NCBI RefSeq assembly: GCF_037042905.1 | Contig: NC_087252.1 | Location: 3,908,001-3,972,000 of the forward strand | Reading direction: 5' to 3' | From: Lytechinus pictus | Lineage: Eukaryota | DNA: 64,000 nt | Part shown: piece by piece, positions 59,566 through 64,000 of the stretch | Layout: each line of letters opens with the position of its first letter | Position numbering within the stretch: the stretch's first letter is position 1 | Program-made: the position numbers and the translations under genes | The notes under the pieces: model-generated | Seen by the model: the letters and a program-made list of their open reading frames with translations, nothing else | Database searches by the model: none | What the model was told of the DNA's origin: nothing

Positions 59566-62139
59566 ATCTGATTCAACATCCTTTAACTTGCAAGTTTGAC
59601 TACAGCTCAGTAATATGTTTCCCCTCCACACCAAAAAGATTCAAAGAAACTATGTTCCCCTACTGCCACAACTACTACTCTTCCCTTAGCCCTTCTCCCA
59701 CTTCATCTTTGCCTCTCTATGCTCCACCATGATCCCTCCAGTACCCCACCCTCACCCCTCCACTTCTCCAAGCCTCTCCCCATCTATTATCCTTAAACTT
59801 GACAGTTGGGAATCAAGTGCCGCCATAGGGCTAGAATTTGAGTGATAAATGCAATTGTTTCAAATGGCATTTTTCCTTTGGCACTCCCCTTTGGCACTGT
59901 CTCCTATTCTCTGTCTGATGACGTAGTTATGAAACATTTTGTTTTGGGATCATGATTGCTATCACAGCAAGTTTCAATAGACATCTACGATGACTCTCAG
60001 GCTAACAATGGAAATATTTGTGTTATTTGGTAAAGATGTTCCGATATCAATTATCTTTATCAATAAGCCAATGTTTATGAATATAATTGTAAATTCAAAC
60101 TTCAATTTATTGGTCATATTAATCTCTTGTTTTGTTAAAAGCCTCCAAAGGAATAAAAGAAAAAAAAGAAAAATATATGGTTCAGTTCCAAAATAAAAGC
60201 TATCTGACATGAGCTATTTATTGCCAAGATTGTGAAATGAACAAAACCATTCTTTAAAAGTGCAAATTAGCAATTATTCATGGCAATTTTAATAGTTCTT
60301 AAAAAAAAAAATCTCTATTAAATTTTGGGCCATCTTATTTCCATGTTCAATTTTTGTGTTCATTATGAGAACAAGTAGAAAATCAATGATTCTTTCCAAT
60401 TGAAGAAGATTAATTGTGACGTCAAGGAATCTGTACATCTCTATACAATTGCTCTCATATGATGGAGACCAGACTCATGTGTGACCATCAGGGGGAAAAA
60501 TGACATCACTACCCTCAATCATTCATCACATCACAGCATGCACAAACATCTGCAGTGACAACTAAGTAATTAAATGTCTCCCTCATTTGAGCTGCTATTG
60601 TACTATTGTTATTTGGTGTTGAGTGGTCGAGAAACCGTTGAGATCAAAGTGTTGAGATCTTGTCTTTTGTATCTAGACTGTGTTGCATTATAAACGTACC
60701 ATTGAGGATTACTAGGTTGCTCATCAATACTAAATACCAAGGAATCTTTGATATTTATTGGCTTTTAAAATATTTCTTGGATTAAGAAAAACAATAGAAT
60801 CCATAAAGATTCATTCTGAATATTAAAGACAATGCTTACTTTTAATGTTACTGGAAACAGTTCTGCATGCTGCATTGTTACCAGTAACTGTAAAAGTAAA
60901 ACGTCTGATTTAGAATGAATATTAACTTGATTTTTTGGGGGGACATACCACCCACAGTTTCTCTACTATTTTGTTACTGTAATACAGATGTCCGACGACA
61001 GTTAGTGGACTTGACTCTGCAGGGTATCCAAATCATATTTTTGGTCCCTCTCTCGGTAGCATCATTATCTATTTCCTGTGTCCAACATCTATCCCACCTC
61101 AAAGAGGCATATTCAGACCGCCTCAAAGTTTGAGAATACCAGGAATTATCCAATCGGAAAATTTACCCTGATCTACGCCGATCACGTAAAACGGGTGTTT
61201 TCACAGTGTAAAGAGCAAATTACTTGTAATGTTCCTGTATTTTTCCTGAAATAAAATACTTCTTCAATAGTAGACTTGTCAAAATTATGAGAATTTTCGC
61301 AGGGGATTTTCAAAGGTCGCAGTTATTCTTGCCATGCAAAAGGAAAATACAAGAGCCCTTCCATCCAATATGTAAGCTGGGTACCCTGTACTTGCATCAT
61401 TCTTCTGAGCTTCTAGAACTTTCCCCAACAATGTTTGTTACATGTTTTTTTTTTCATTTTTGAATTACATCTATGAGGAGGGGGGTGGATTGCAATACTG
61501 CTCCATATGCATGAAGGAAAGGTCTAAAATATTTGGTATAGCCCTAGGCCTATATTTAACAAAATCCTGGTTATAAATGGAAAATAGAGCAATGAAAGTT
61601 AGAAATTAAAGTTTATATCTGAATGACATACAATGCACACGAGTTATAGGAGAACGTTACCATTGTCATCTGATTCCTCACAAATTTGTTCATCAACCTT
61701 TGAGGGTTAAACTTCTCTATCTGAACAATCTATTAAATGCTGGGCCACCAACGTTCAGCATTAAACGCTGCCGATCTACCCCCATTGTTAGCACCCTCTG
61801 ACGTTAAACAAGATAAATGCCTCTCAGGGTCTCAGTTTTATAATTGTGAGGGGAGCAATAAAAAGCTCTCCTGAAACTTTTAAGGAGAGCGGTAGTGGAG
61901 CACTGCAAAAAGCTCTTCTTCAATATACAAGGGGAGCTTTTTGTCCAATTAACAAAACAGATGGAGGAAATATATGTACTAAGTTACAATCAACAACCAA
62001 AGGAAGGAAACAATCGAATATGCAATATTTATAATTGTTTTACAATGTATTGTAATTAGATTGTAAAACCTGTTTGAGTGAGGTTTTGACTTTGGCTAAA
62101 AGTTAAGTCACTGACAATTTTTTTTTTCGGGGGCTCCAT

Positions 62140-62930
62140 TTTTTGTCTCACCTGCATAGCAGAGTGAGACTATAGGCGCCGCTTTTCCGACGGCGGCGGC
62201 GGCGGCGTCAACACCAAATCTTAACCTAAGGTTAAGTTTTTGAAATGACAGCATAACTTAGAAAGTATATGGACCTAGTTCATGAAACTTGGCTATAAGG
62301 TTAATCAAGTATTACTGAACATCCTGCCTGAGTTTCATGTCACATGACCAAGGTCAAAGGTCATTTAGGGTCAATGAACATAGACCATGTTGGGGGAATC
62401 AACATCAAAATCTTAACCTAAGGTTAAGTTTTTGAAATGTCATCATAACTTAGAAAATATATGGACCTAGTTCATGAAACTTATACATAAGGTTAATCAA
62501 GTATCACTGAACATCCTGCATGAGTTTCACGTCACATGACCAAGGTCAAAGGTCATTTAGGGTCAATGAACTTTGGCCAAATTGGGGTATTTGTTGAATT
62601 ACAGCCATAAATTTGAAAGTGTGTTGGTCTAGTTCATAAAACTTGGACATAATAGTAATCAAGTATCACTGAACATCCTGTGCGAGTTTCAGGTCACATG
62701 ATCAAGGTCAAAGGTCATGTAAGGTCAAAGAACTTTGGCCACGTTGGGGGTATTTGTTGAATTGCCATCATATCTCTATAAGTGTATTGGTCTAGTTCAT
62801 AAAACGTGGAAATAAGAGTAACCAAGTATCACTGAACATCTTGTGCGAGTTATAGTAGTTTTCAAAATCAGCACTGCTGCTATATTGAATCGCGTGATGC
62901 AGGTGAGACGGCCAGAGGCATTCCACTTGT
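62140..62930 (+). mobile_element. Helentron/HINE-like non-autonomous rolling-circle element with internal tandem repeats
   Basis: T-run start, sub-terminal inverted repeat gtctcacctgca (62145) / tgcaggtgagac (62898), (GGC)n microsatellite, about four 160-190-bp tandem units, end cttgt followed by tt, no TSD. Confidence 0.75.
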
Positions 62931-64000
62931 TTATTTTTTTGTCAAATTTTGGGGCTAATTTTGCATTTCGGGGGCTCTTTTTAAATGCTACTTTTTTGTA
63001 TTTTCAGGAATACCTGTTCACTTATTAATGAATTATTACTTTTTGTTAAATATTGTATGATTTTTAAAGTTATTTTTTCATGCTTAGAATCTTGGATGTG
63101 GGTGTGTGTGGGTGTGTGGCACCGTGCGTGTGTGTGTGACTGTGAGTTGGACTTGGATATAAATGAATTCAATATCTAATTTCTACTCCATCTATTCCAG
63201 TACAATACCCTGTACTCGGCCATGTACATGTAATATAAAAGGCCCACATACCCTAACTTTTCCTGAAGTTCTTTGAAAACGCAGATCTCCACGAAAATTG
63301 CATTTCTCTATGGGAGAGTCTAAATTCGGTGAGAATGTATTCATTAAGAACTTAAATATACATGACAATGAAGAAATCATCAAACTTTATTGGAAGTTTT
63401 GAATAATATACCTGAAATGTAAACTCTGTCTGAAACAGAAAATCACCATCATTGAGGCCTTTACTGAGCGAATTGTCCCCCAGAGCTCTGGCAGAGAGAC
63501 AGAGCTCCGACTGGCTACATGCGCCAATGCGTTCGTGCGTGAGCCTGCCGCCGGCCTTGTAAAATAGATGGAGCTTTGTTTGATGATTTATTTTCTGATA
63601 TTTACCTCATCCCCTAGAAAAACAAAATAAACGATTTTTTAGTTATAATTAATAAATAAGGTAACTTATTTTGGATGTTAATAGGCCGTTTTGAAAAGCA
63701 AAGCCGAATGACAACTCACCAATGCTAGGTTACTAGACTCTGAATTGTGATATCTGTAGGGGAAACATGTGCATTAGAAATTGCACATTGCATGGTGCGT
63801 GGTAGTCATAATGGACCCTATACATGCAACTGTTTCCCAACCGTTGCGTTGATTTTTTTTTCCATACCTGGTACCATGTGTATGGAAATACGTGGTACAG
63901 AAAAAAAGACGCAACTTCGGAATTTGAAACTGCGCTCCTCGCTATTTTCAAGGCTTATTCATGAATTTGAGTGTGGATATTGGATGATTTTTAAATGGTA

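Noticed and set aside
59175..62840. Regularly spaced repeats considered as CRISPR-like
   Set aside because: Eukaryotic tandem repeats without unique spacers, and no cas genes.

Overview
AT-rich, repeat-dense animal genomic DNA. The repeat families and style suggest an echinoderm such as a sea urchin (inference). Bases 1-7.2 kb hold the last six coding exons of a + strand Ig/Fn3 cell-surface protein ending in a GPI-anchor-like signal. A candidate first exon and splice donor near 14.7-14.9 kb opens a very large intron-like region. That region holds a young BEL/Pao LTR retrotransposon (15278-26586, minus strand, 1420-bp LTRs, ATAAT target duplication, one frame break). Its 3' LTR carries a nested gag-only Gypsy-type element (15911-19228, ATAG target duplication, 5' LTR/PBS partly deleted). 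The rest is a layered field of non-autonomous DNA transposons: three TAG...CTA elements with 9-bp TSDs (two retain a RecQ helicase fragment, AcademH-like), TTAA-flanked Kolobok-like MITEs, Harbinger- and hAT-like MITEs, a Helentron-like element and a tRNA-SINE. It also has many microsatellites and a dense set of TACATGTA/TAGGCCTA motifs that look like transposon excision footprints. No rRNA, tRNA gene or CRISPR array was seen. All alignments were done by eye.
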